This document shows positions 39,370 through 51,515 of a DNA stretch of 64,000 nt, piece by piece. The position numbers were made by a program, and so were the translations under genes. Every line of letters begins with the position of its first letter. The first letter of the stretch is position 1. The stretch covers positions 202,430,001-202,494,000 of the forward strand of contig NC_042998.1 of the NCBI RefSeq assembly GCF_006345805.1, read 5' to 3'. The stretch comes from Octopus sinensis (lineage: Eukaryota). The notes under the pieces were generated by a model that was not told the origin of the DNA, ran no database searches, and saw only the letters and a list, made by a program, of their open reading frames with translations.

Positions 39370-39790
39370 TATTGATATAATTAAAACAGAGGTTGAAAGT
39401 TAAAGCACAGAGAATTAAGCAGTGCAGAATAAACAGACTTTTCGAACTAAATCAGAAACGAGTCTATCAGAAACTGGATGGGGAAGAAAAAGGTGAAAAG
39501 GCCGTGGCGGATGCTGAAAGAAGCAAAAGATTTTGATCAAACATGTGGTCTCAGGAAAAACAACGTGAAATTGAAGTAGACTGGTTAAAGGCACTCAAAG
39601 AGGAGAGTGGAGAATATCAGCAGAATTTGAGATATTAAGTACCGACCTAGATAACAAAAGGAAGGACGGTACTGTGCCTGAAGGACCTACATTAAGGGAA
39701 CGTTGTTGGAAATTTCCGATCAATATCTTATTTGCCACTGATGTGGAAACTTATGATGAGCATCATAATAATCAGCATCTATAAGGACGT
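39370..39790 (+). pseudogene. Second R4/Dong-clade LINE fragment, opposite orientation
   Basis: KQRLKVKAQRIK...NRLFELNQKRVYQKLDG...DAERSKRF*SNMWS...DWLK; GRTVLCLKD...LPLMWKL. Confidence 0.75.
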
Positions 39791-39794
39791 AATG

Positions 39795-40102
39795 TAAAGA
39801 CGACCTCAGCGGAATTTGAACTCAGGACCTAAGACAGATGAAATACCGCTAAGCATTTTGCCTGGTATGTTAACGATTCTGCCAGCTCGCCACCTTAACA
39901 ATGATAATAATAATCCTTCTACTGGAGGAACATGTGTGTGGGAAGGGGAGTAGTCGATTACATCGAGTCAAGTCTTTCACTGGTACTTAATTTATTGACC
40001 CCGAAAGGATGGACGACAAAGTTGACTCAGAACATAGTGGCAGGTGAAATACTGCTAAGAATTTCGTCCAGCATGCTAACGATTCTGCCATCTAGCCGCC
40101 CT
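39795..40102 (-). mobile_element. SINE family 2, two copies
   Basis: gacctcagcggaatttgaactcag...ctgccagctcgccacctt; second copy gtcgattacatcgag...ctgccatctagccgcc. Confidence 0.8.
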
Positions 40103-40470
40103 AATTATAATAATAATGATAATAATAATCTAATAATCTTCATCTTCAACCGTACTAACAATTATTACAAAATGAATAAATATCAGTCCACGTAAGACCT
40201 GATATTATCACACAACTCTTTCTGTAAAAGATACACGAAAATGTCTGTCACACTCCACAGACTATTTGGCACAAACCAATAATTTTAGGTTCGTTATTAT
40301 CAAATACATTTAAAGATCGATTACACACACACACACACACTCATTACCATATACAAATGAATATATACAAGTGAACACAAAATAAGACACACTACACTTG
40401 GCATTCGCATACACACACACTCATATATATATATATATATATAAGAATATTATATATATATATATATATA

Positions 40471-40743
40471 TGCACATATGTTACATACATATATACACAT
40501 GTTTATGTATATGTGCATGAACGTAGACACATCCATATATATGTAGGTGAGTGTGATATATATATATATATATATATTACACACATTAGATGAATGCACC
40601 AGACACACCCTATAGTTCACTCTTTCGTGCTCTTTATATATATATATATATCTATTATATATATATATATAGATATATATATATATATATATAAATATAT
40701 ATATATAATATATATATTATATAAATATTATATATAGTGTATT

Positions 40744-40780
<37 letters not shown>

Positions 40781-41083
40781 TATATATATATATACATATA
40801 TATATATAGGTATATTATATATATATATATATAGGTATATATATATAATATATATATATATAGGTATATATATATATATATATAATAATTATATTATATA
40901 TATATATATATATATATGCACTATGGTTTACATACATATATACACATGTTTATGTATATGTGCATGAACGTAGACACATCCATATATATGTAGGTGAGTG
41001 TATTATATATATATTATATATATATACACACATTTAGATGAATGCACCAGACACACCCTCTAGTTCACTCTTTCGTTCTCTTT
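40471..41083. repeat. Tandem duplication, period about 446 bp, embedded in (TA)n
   Basis: gtgcatgaacgtagacacatcc...gatgaatgcaccagacacaccct(a/c)tagttcactctttcg occurs twice. Confidence 0.9.
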
Positions 41084-41279
41084 ATATATAATCTATATAT
41101 ATATATATTTATATATATAAATATATATTATATAAATATATATATATTAAATATATATATGTGTATATATATATATATATATATAGTTATATATATATAT
41201 ATATAACATATATAATATAGGTATCTATAATATATATATATGTATATTTATATAGATTATATATATATATAGGTATATA

Positions 41280-41333
<54 letters not shown>

Positions 41334-41739
41334 CATAAAGACACAGGCCTAAGTACTTATTTCTTCTCTCCATTAGGTATTTTATCTTCTATCTTCTCTC
41401 CCTTCTGTTTTAATATATTTTTCTTCTTCTGCAGGCAAGCCAACACTACATCGATAAAATAAGCAAGTAAGTTTGCTTCCGAAAAACAGGAAGCACAATT
41501 TGAGATGTATTATCTGACTCACTATACCTAAACATCTTCAGAGTTTTCTAATTAAGTGACGTTTGTGCGTCTGTGTGCATTGAACACACACATACAATAC
41601 AGATATATACACACACACACATGCACACAAACATATATATACAAATAGTAAAACACACAAACTCACATATACATATACTTCATATATAATCATATATATG
41701 GTGGTGTGTTTCGTGTGCGTGCGCGTGTGTACGGGTATG

Positions 41740-41772
<33 letters not shown>

Positions 41773-41786
41773 ATATATATATATAT

Positions 41787-41842
<56 letters not shown>

Positions 41843-41925
41843 TATATATATATATATATATTATATATATACCATATATATACATACATATATATATAGA
41901 TATATTTATATATACATACACAGAA

Positions 41926-41982
<57 letters not shown>

Positions 41983-42383
41983 ATATATACAGATAAATAT
42001 GTACAAATAAAGGCATACACACAACACACACATATATAGGAGGTTGGGTATATGAGGTAGTATAATGGAAGACTGTACAAGAATTAATGGTGTTCTTAAG
42101 AATGGTAAAAGTAACAATTTAGTAAGGATTTGGAAGACAATTCTTTGCCTTTCACGCTCTTTCTTCGCCACATTCTCCGTCTCCAACTTTCCATCTATTT
42201 TCTCAATCAATATTTATATACACTCATACATAGATGCATATATATATATAGTCACTTATAGTCATGTATGTACTGATGTTTTTATGTATTCCTATATATA
42301 TATATATATAAGATGTGTGTACGTGTACACACACACACACACACACATATACGTGTAAGTAACTTTTATCGCCACTTCAATAT

Positions 42384-42603
42384 GGCTGTTCCGGGGGAGC
42401 TGACGTTACTATCATTTTAACCCCAGGCGGAGATTCCCCCAGCAGGTTATCGATGCAATCTGTACCTGATATATATTGCAAGCAGGGAGAGGTTCACTCC
42501 CTGCTTGCAATATATAATGGGTGCAGATTGCATCGACAACCAGCTGGGGGAATCTCCGCCTGGGTTAAAATGGTATAGTAACGTCGGTCCTACGGACACA
42601 GCC
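42384..42603. repeat. ~220-bp imperfect inverted repeat (MITE-like long hairpin)
   Basis: Core arms 42402-42489 and 42497-42585, about 90% complementary, 7-nt loop AGGTTCA. Confidence 0.9.
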
Positions 42604-42800
42604 GTACCGATGAATGGTAGGACCATTTTCATTGATTTTGTAGTATAGCTTCTACTTTCATCTTTTACTGATGTGTACGCGTTTATATTTCTATGTATGC
42701 ATTATGTATGTATGTATGTATGTATGTATGTATGTATGTACGTACGTATGTATGTATGCATGCATGTATGTATGTATGTTTGTATATATATATAGACATA

Positions 42801-43162
42801 GGAGTGGCTGTGTGGTAAGTAGCTGGCTTACGAACAACATGGTTCCGGGTTCAGTCCCACTGCATGGCACCTTGAGCAACTGGCTTCTACTATAGCCTCA
42901 AGCCGACAAAAGCCTTGTGAGTGGATTTGATAGACGAAAACTGAAAGAAGCCCGTCGTATATATGTATATATATGTGTGTGTGTGTATGTGTTTGTATGT
43001 CTGTGTCCCCCCCCCGCCCCAACATCGCTTGACAACCGATGGCAGTATGTTTACGTTTCCGTAACTTAGCGATTCGGCAAAACAGACCGATAGAGCTTAC
43101 AAAGAATAAGTCCTGGAGCATGACAACAGTCAAATGACCGAAACAATTAAAAGAGTAAAAGA
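42801..43162 (+). mobile_element. SINE family 1, full length, diverged
   Basis: ggagtggctgtgtggtaagtagc...ttagcgattcggcaaa...aaagagtaaaag. Confidence 0.88.
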
Positions 43163-43269
43163 ATATATACACATACACAAGCACACCTACATTCTTTTAT
43201 TCTTCTGTGCGTTTCAGCCAAAAAGTGGTGACCATACTAGGGCACCGCCAGTTTTTACAGTTATCTTTC

Positions 43270-44420
43270 GCAACTGGCTTTTGGTGAACAGTGAGGTTTG
43301 ACACTGCTGCTCCCTTTGGGGTTTCTTGTGACATAGGTTCATTTACGACCTTGAACATGAAGAAATCATGTTGTCTCTCGGAAACATCTACACCTCTCCA
43401 TGTAGATCTCTCAGATATTTTGGTAAGATATCAAATAACTTAAGTTTCGCTATTAAATTGATACTGTGGGTTGACGACAGCTGAGAGTAGTACCCCAACA
43501 GGATGAGGACAAATGCTCTGCATACAACCAGTATTACTTCCTGGTCCCCTGTTCTTAAAGTTCTCAGAATCCATCCGGTCATTTGCCTACACACTGGCCC
43601 CATGTTTGTGATGTGTAAAACAAACGAGCTGTCGCTACTCATATGGATTCCCAGATAACGCACTGTGCTTGACACTGGGATGGCTACTTTTCCTAATCCA
43701 AAGTATCTTTATTGCGGCTTGTCAACACAAGTTGCTTTATAGCGGAGGGATTTTATTTTGCTTTATGTTGTAAGATGTGTTCTTCAGCCCATTTACATCT
43801 GACATCTAGGTATTTCTCTTGAAGATTAGCATCGAAAGGTACTTTGACTGTTTGTATTACTTTTGTATATTTGGCATAGCTAGTAAGTGTGGATGACTTT
43901 TGGAATGTCTAAGAGAGTGCCGTAAACAACAGCTACTCCAAGAGCGTTCCTTGAGTCTGTTATTGTCTCCATGAATATATTATCCCGATATCAACTTAAT
44001 CAAAGGACTTTTCAAAATTATCATATATCACATTACTTTTCAACGATACATTATTTACTTCAGCACCCAGTCATAATGCTGCGTAAACTATGTAAGGCTG
44101 CTCTTTTCCCTCGGAAATTATGTTGGGTTTCATGAAGCAAATCATTATCTTTTGAGAATGGGATCAGATTCCTTCTGACAATACATTCCATGACTGGTGA
44201 TGTGTAGTTCGAGAAGCAGGCCGATAATTTTTAGCATCCATCCTGCTACTTCGTTCTATGGACTGGGCTTTTTATGCTTACCTTTAAATTTCTGGGATGT
44301 CTGTCATTTGGAATGAAGCTTTGGAAGAGGATCTGCAGTCGTTTTGCTAAAGCCGCCTTGCATTTCTTTAGGAAGATTGCCTCATTTTATGAATAGGCCA
44401 TATTATCCTTTTCTTTAAAT
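43270..44420 (-). pseudogene. Decayed CR1/L2-type LINE RT with internal deletions
   Basis: AKNYRPAS...LLHETQHNFR...FEKSFD; VRYLGIHMSSDSSFVLHI...GWILRTLRT...YYSQLSS. Confidence 0.8.
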
Positions 44421-44529
44421 TTCTGGGAAGTCTCTCATTTGGAATGAACCTTTGCATTTTTTAGAAGACTCGGTTTAAAGTTATTTCATCAATAGCTCAT
44501 ATTACTCTAGTTACCTCTGTTTCGATGTA

Positions 44530-46200
44530 TGAAATTAATATCATCATGGGAGATATGGACCAATGAAGTTGTCAAAGCATGTAATCAGTATGGGATTGGC
44601 GAGAAAAAGGAAGGAAATGAGAGATGGCTACAGTGGTGTCAGGAAAATTATATAATTATTACGAACAAAGGGTTCAAGGAGCACCCTATAAGAATTTACA
44701 CATGAAAGGGCTATGGTATATCTTCATGAATGACATTTACAAGATCAGTGAAACATCCAAAACCTTATTCAGGAGCAGACTGAAGATTGACCATGTACTT
44801 GGGATATGCACACTCCCAGGTAAATTAAAGAAGATGAAGAGAGCAAGAACGACGGAGAAATTGAATACTGATTTACTGAATACACCAGAGGTATTATTGA
44901 ATAAGCTAGAGTATTCCGTCAATAGGGGGACAGATTCAATCTGTAAATCGATGATGGCGAGGAAATACTTGGGAAGTGATGGAAAACACCTAAGTAGAAA
45001 TATCTAGAATATCCTCCTAATGAAAATTCATAATATAAAAAATGAATTGATGATTGAGATCATTTCAATGATGATTAAGTGACAGATCAGGAAAAGGAAA
45101 TCCAAAGACTATAGGGAGCTGGATAGACTGATCAAACAGAACTGTACGGAGGCTAAAGAGACCTGACTGAAAGGGCAGCATGAAGAAATGGAAAGGCAAT
45201 TTTCGGTAGGATACATCAAAATATCAAAGAAATCTCTGACAGAAAGTCAGGATGCTCAAATACCAGGTGTATCAGAGCAAAGTATTGTACCATGCAGGTT
45301 GTGAAGAGTTACATTTTGAATAGATGGACAGAGTATATACGAGATTTATTTCATGATGTGAGAGCAGCCTTGCCTAATTTTCCTAACTCTAATGAGGGCC
45401 AAAGATCCTGCCATCTGAAGTATGGGCAACCATCAAATCTTGTGGGCCAGACGGAATTGTCACTGAGATGATAAAATCATTAGAGGAATATGGAATTAGG
45501 AAACCGGCAGATGTAATATACAAGATGTATGACGATGGGAAATTTACAGAACATCTGAGTAAATCCATCTTTATTGCACTGCCGAAGAAATCGGGTGGAC
45601 TGTGAACAAAAGGTTAAGAGCCTGTATTGGAACGAAATAGCAAGCATAAAGGTGGATGGAGAGTGCAGTGAATACACTAGCATCAGAGGGGTTAGACAAT
45701 GATGTGTTATGTCGTCAGCTATCTTCAATTACAACAGTGAATTGATCATAGGAGAACTGGAGAAGGACAAATGGTTTATAGTAGGCGGTAGAAACATCAA
45801 AAACATAAGAAACGCAAATGATAGGCTTAGCTGAAAGTGAGATGAAGGGTCTCTTCATAAATTGCCAGAAGACATCGTGTATGGTGGTAACAAAGAAGGA
45901 AAGCCCAAAGTGCATGTTAAAACTGAACAATCAAATCAATAAGCATGTATCATCCTTCAGCTTCCTTTGAACTTTAGTTACAAAAGACACAAGATGTGTG
46001 AAGGAGACCAAAGGCGAATGGTTCTGGCAAAATCTACATTCCCAAAATTGTATAACATCTTGAGAAACTGTGTTAATGTATGGAAGTGAGACACGGTCTA
46101 TAACATCAGGAATGAAAAAGTGATTCGACAGCTGCGAAATGTGGTTCTTATAGAAAACATTGAGAACAGCATGGACAGACAGGGACAGAGAGAAACTGAG
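44530..46200 (+). pseudogene. Decayed RTE-clade LINE (endonuclease end and RT)
   Basis: KLKK...KLNTDLL; GPDGIVTEMIKSL...SKSIFIALPKK; GSET...CEMWFL...AWTDR. Confidence 0.8.
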
Positions 46201-46908
46201 ATTATTACAAGACAGATATTTACGCTACAAGCGTTCTCTTCACAATGGTTTTCATAGAGGTTTTGTGGATTGCGTTAATTCTCACAAAGTATTTACAATA
46301 ATTTCTACCCCACAACAATGGGTCATTATTTCAAAACCTGTTATTATGGGAATGACTTACAAAAGTGAAAACATCACACAAGAACACAATATAATAATTG
46401 CATTACTTCAATTAATGTTTTGAAACTAAATATCTGATACGATGTGACGTCTGATATCCTGCTCAACTGGATGGAAGGCTTACTCATTTTTACAGATATA
46501 CACATTACATCCATGACGATAAGCTTATACATGACATGTACAGCTTCCATCTCACCATCTACAAGGAAGGGTAAATAACGTAGATACTGTCGCCCTTCTG
46601 TGTATTGATTCTGATATATTTTGACTCAACAAAGCATCAACATTATGTTACTCTTTCTATTAATATCAAACCGACGTCATTTTTCCCTTTCATCCTTCCG
46701 GGGTCAAAACATTCGTTAGCAGGCGTGCACTGACGTAGATGATATCAACTTGCCTCCTAACTTCTAAATTTACAGGTAGTATGCGTAAGTTTGAAATGAA
46801 ATATTGATTGACTTATCATTGGTAAAACCCACTACTTTGTTCTTGCGAGTTTTTTAGCGTGGTTGATACCATTTCATGCATGATATATATATATATATAT
46901 AATATATA

Positions 46909-46966
<58 letters not shown>

Positions 46967-47389
46967 GCCATTTATCTTTTACATGTTTCGGTAAGTAGAC
47001 TACGCCCGTGCAGCACTACTGTCTTGAAGACATTTAGTAGAATGAATTGCCCGCTGCATTTATTTTTTAATATCAATACTTATTCTATTTGTTTCTATTT
47101 TAAGGAGACGTAAATAAACCAGCACATGTTGTCAAGGGGAGCTGGAGAACGAACACAGACACAAAGTCTCACATACTTATACACACGCACGCATGCATTT
47201 ATATATACTTATGTATTATATATGCGACAGGATTCGTTCAGTTTCTTTCAAACAAATCCACACAGTGGAACTAAAACTTGATCCCTTGTGAACTGTATGG
47301 ATGGCTTTATTAGGTTCATATGATCTAACAGCACTTGGACATCTTCCTGGTGGAGCCAGCATATGAAGGTGTCATCAAGTAGGTACTTT

Positions 47390-48440
47390 CTGAGTAGAAA
47401 CTACCTTCTTCAGTATAAACACTGATATATATCGATAAGGAGAGTGTTTAGCTATGGGTTCGCCATTATCACCAATAATAACCAATATATACATGGAATA
47501 CTTTGAGAATTTGGCTTTAAGATCAACACCGTTAAAACCAACGCTATGGCTGCGATATGTTGATGATACCTTCATAATCTGGCCCCACAAGGAAGATGTC
47601 CAAGTGCTGTTAGATCATTTGACCTTAATAAAGCCATCCATATAATTCAAAATGAAAAAGAAAAAAAACAATCAGCTAGCATTCGTGGACGCACCAAGTA
47701 TGGATTCAGGACATTCGTATACCTCAAGCCGAACTTACGATACATCGACTTCAACTCCCACCATCCATACAGTGTGAAGAGAGGGACTGCTCAGGCCTAA
47801 AATATCAAGCAATTGATATAAGTAGCGATCGTCATACCCACCACGAAGAAATGATCAAGCTCAGTAACAATCTATTAAGCAAAAACTACCCTCAAAACAG
47901 ACAATCCACTCCAATTTGGAAGAAAAGAGGGGATGAAACCGATACACTGTCCAATGTCTACCCTATCTGAAGGGCCTCTCCGAAAAGATACAAACGATAT
48001 GCGGCCCATATGACATCAGGACAGCATTCAAGAGTAATACAACACTTCTCAAATATCTCCTTCAAGTTAAACCACCAATAGAAGAGAATATGACTAAGAA
48101 CTGCGTGTACTCCATCCCATGCAGCTGTGGTACGTCGCACAAAGGCAGAACATAGCGCCCCCTCAAAATAAGGGTAGAGGAACACCGCAAAGCTGTGACA
48201 TGGGGAGATATTGATAAATCGGGTATAGCTGATCATGTATGGAAAAATGGAGACCACCCCACCCCGTGGGATGAAGTGAAAATAATAGACAGAGCACACC
48301 ACTGGAAAACACGAAAATAAAAGAAGCAGCACATATGTTAGGACACAACAACCACCTAAGAATACCGAGTACAGATATGAAGAGCATATGGGAACCGATA
48401 TTAAGGAAGGATAAGAGAGTATTAGATTTATAAGCCCTAA
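47390..48440 (+). pseudogene. Penelope-like element: RT and GIY-YIG endonuclease relic
   Basis: AMGSPLSPIITNIYMEYFE...WLRYVDDTFIIWPH; KNCVYSIPCSCGTSHKGRT*RPLKIRVEEHRKAV...SGIADHVW. Confidence 0.92.
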
Positions 48441-48462
48441 AATTCAATCCATAATTGCCGAC

Positions 48463-48507
48463 GGGCATATGGCGTAGTTGTTAAGAGCGTGGGCTACTAA
48501 CCCAAAG

Positions 48508-48508
<1 letters not shown>
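48463..48508 (+). other. tRNA-Ser-like 5' half (A box and anticodon arm), B box absent
   Basis: GGGCATA-TGGCGTAGTTGTTAAGAGC-GTGGGCTACTAACCC resembles the tRNA-Ser(GCT) D arm and anticodon arm; runs directly into (AAT)n. Confidence 0.55.
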
Positions 48509-48580
<72 letters not shown>

Positions 48581-48680
48581 GGTGATGATGATGATGATGA
48601 TGATAATGATAATAACAACAGCAACAGCAACAACAAGAACAAACAACAACAACAACAACAACAATAATATTAATAATAAC

Positions 48681-48714
<34 letters not shown>

Positions 48715-48715
<1 letters not shown>

Positions 48716-49047
48716 GTGGGGAGCATCATAGCCATATGTTGAGAGGGATTCTTAGAGATTTGGATTATTCACCTTTGGAAACATGGGTGGTTCGTTCAAC
48801 ATCCTTAAACAACCCTTATTCAGGGACCTTTTGAGCGGGATGGGCTACTCGACCAGAAGAAAATTCTAACTGGGCCCCACCTGCAAGGTCATGTGCTGTT
48901 TCTCTTGATATGAGATCACCATGTTGCGTGCCATATGGTTGTGATGCATGTGCCTGGTGTACCCTTATCAGACGGGTAGTAGAGGTATACTGGACTTCGT
49001 ATATTTTACCTCAGTGTCACTTGATGGGATGCACTGCTCTCTCACTC

Positions 49048-49087
<40 letters not shown>

Positions 49088-49632
49088 GCCCTGATGCGGT
49101 GGCTCTCGTGGCTTCTGATCTTAACTGATTAGAAGTGTTATCATGTACATTGTTTCGTTTTGGTATAAAAGATGGGCTACAGCAAATATTCTGCTCAATA
49201 CCACAGATTTGCTTGTCACTTGTTTGACCATAACCAGTTGGGCATGTCCCTTAGTGGCTGATGATAGGTGCATCTCTGATCATGAGCAGAAGTAGTGGGG
49301 GAACATCATAGCCATGTGTTCAGAGGAATTCTTTAGGGTTTGGATAATTCACCTTTGGAAACATGGGTGTTTCGTTCTATATCCTTAAACAATCCTTATT
49401 CAGGGACCTTTTGAGCGGGATGGGCTACTCGACCAGAAGAAAATTCTAACTGGGCCCCACCTGCAAGGTCATGTGCTGTTTCTCTTGATATGAGATCACC
49501 ATGTTGCGTGCCATATGGTTGTGATGCATGTGCCTGGTGTACCCTTATCAGACGGGTAGTCATGATGGGTATACTGGACTTCGTATATTTTACCTCAGTG
49601 TCACTTTGATGGGATGCACTGCTCTCTCACTC

Positions 49633-49684
<52 letters not shown>

Positions 49685-50248
49685 TAATAATAATAATAAT
49701 AAATGCCCTGATGCGGTGGCTCTCGTGGCTTCTGATCTTAACTGATTAGAAGTGTTATCATGTACATTGTTTCGTTTTGGTATAAAAGATGGGCTACAGC
49801 AAATATTCTGCTCAATACCACAGATTTGCTTGTCACTTGTTTGACCTTAACCAGTTGAGCATGTCCCTTAGTGGCTGACGATATGTGCATCTCTGATCAT
49901 GAGCAGAAGTAGTGGAGGAACATCATAGCCATGTGTTCAGAGGAATTCTTTAGGGTTTGGATAATTCACCTCTGGAAACATGGGTGTTTCGTTCAATATC
50001 CTTAAACAATCCTTATTCAGGGACCTTTTGAGCGGGATGGGTTACACGACCAGAAGAAAATTCTAACTGGGGCCCACCTGCAAGGTCATGTGCTGTTTCT
50101 CTTGATATGAGATCACCATGTCGCGCACATATGGTTGCGATGCATGTGCCTAGATTACCTTATCAGACGGGTAGTCATGATGGGTATACTGGGCTTCGTA
50201 TATTTGTACCCCAGTGTCACTTTGATGGCATGCACTGCTATGTCACAC
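48715..50248 (+). mobile_element. Three tandem copies of a ~550-bp non-coding element in (AAT)n arrays (48715-49047 partial, 49087-49632, 49704-50248)
   Basis: Same start (aaatgccctgatgc) in the two full copies and same end (catgcactgct...) in all three; each flanked by (AAT)n; no ORF or Pol III boxes recognised. Confidence 0.9.
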
Positions 50249-50266
50249 AATAATAATAATAACAAC

Positions 50267-50346
<80 letters not shown>

Positions 50347-50420
50347 CATCAACAAAAAGAGCAGCAACAACATCGAAAAATACCTCAGGAATGAGAACCC
50401 AGGTTCGAAATTTCCCCAGG

Positions 50421-50464
50421 ACACCTGATGAAGGCTGGCGTGTATATCAGCCGAAACGTTGTGT
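50421..50464 (+). ncRNA. Minimal type I hammerhead ribozyme (dimer-type), canonical core
   Basis: ACAC-CTGATGA-A-GGCTG-gcgtgtatat-CAGCC-GAAAC-GTT-GTGT: stem I 4 bp, stem II 5 bp, palindromic AACGTT stem III, predicted cleavage after 50460. Lies at the 3' end of the Penelope element. Confidence 0.82.
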
Positions 50465-51065
50465 TAACAACAAACAAGATGAAGACAAATATCCGTCAAT
50501 TGTAAATAATGTAAATAATTCCCCCTCTCTGAAATATAGAACTGAACTATGGATTATTTTTGTTTTATTTTAGGTTTTTATTTGGTTGCTGACAGAAGAC
50601 ATTCGATCGATCATGCTTCATCGTTCCAGAAAACGAATTGCTTTAAATCATTTTCTGAAATATCCCCTTTTATTGAAGTATATATCGCCTCTGAGAAGAG
50701 AATGAACGTCACACATCCTGTATCAGAAATCTCATATTTACTTACGAAGTACCTATAGTGAATGAACAATAGGTAGGTATCCAATACACAGGTAAATTTT
50801 CGGTAGAAGAAGTGATTCATTTTCGAATTCTGGCACAAGTACATTTATGCAATGCGCTCCCCTTAAATATGTATGGTTGGTTACAGCTGGAATATATTTG
50901 CTCGCAGATCTACTGAATCAGCGCGAACCGGGAGATAAAGAATCAGAAGATTTGATATACGTATTGTACCTTTCTCTTAAACCGCCTTCATTTCTGCTTG
51001 TCAATAATATACAAATGTGTGAATGTCTGCAGATATATACATGCATGCATAAATACATACATACA

Positions 51066-51101
<36 letters not shown>

Positions 51102-51204
51102 TATGTACCCCAAAAAGATATATATATTTACCCAAAAAAGTCCCCCACCGCCACCCCATTAAATCTGCCTAAATGTATAAATGCCAAAACTTATTTTGAC
51201 AGCA

Positions 51205-51255
51205 AGCTTCCTGATGATTTTATTTGAATGAAACAGTTCTAGTCCTGTAGAAGCT
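51205..51255 (+). ncRNA. Type I hammerhead motif with full monomeric stem III, weak stem II
   Basis: AGCTTC-CTGATGA-TTTT-ATTT-GAAT-GAA-ACAG-ttctagtc-CTGT-A-GAAGCT: stem I 6 bp perfect, stem III 4 bp perfect, GUA triplet. Confidence 0.7.
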
Positions 51256-51348
51256 CCTTCTATAAAATAAATTAAATATATATATATAATATATATATAT
51301 ATATAGAGAGAGAGAGAGGAGAGAGAGAGAGAGATAGAGAGATAGATG

Positions 51349-51400
<52 letters not shown>

Positions 51401-51464
51401 TAGCTATATATACATATATATATATATATTACATATATATATATGTATATATATACATATATGT

Positions 51465-51515
<51 letters not shown>

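Noticed and set aside
47384-47416. Minus-strand CTGAAGA-A-GGTAG-TTT-CTACT-CA-GAAA
   Set aside because: Overlaps RT-coding sequence (TFFQYK) and the inversion junction; no stem I or III; chance
49087-49632. HDV-like, twister or hammerhead ribozyme inside the 550-bp element (CTGA(T/C)GA at about 49257 and 49875; GCCCTGA/TCAGGGA pairing)
   Set aside because: No GAAA-stem III for an HHR, no L3/P1.1 for HDV, incomplete twister motifs on either strand by eye
48715-50248. Repeat-spacer-like array (CRISPR-like appearance)
   Set aside because: Eukaryotic sequence; units are ~550-bp elements separated by microsatellite, not short repeats with unique spacers
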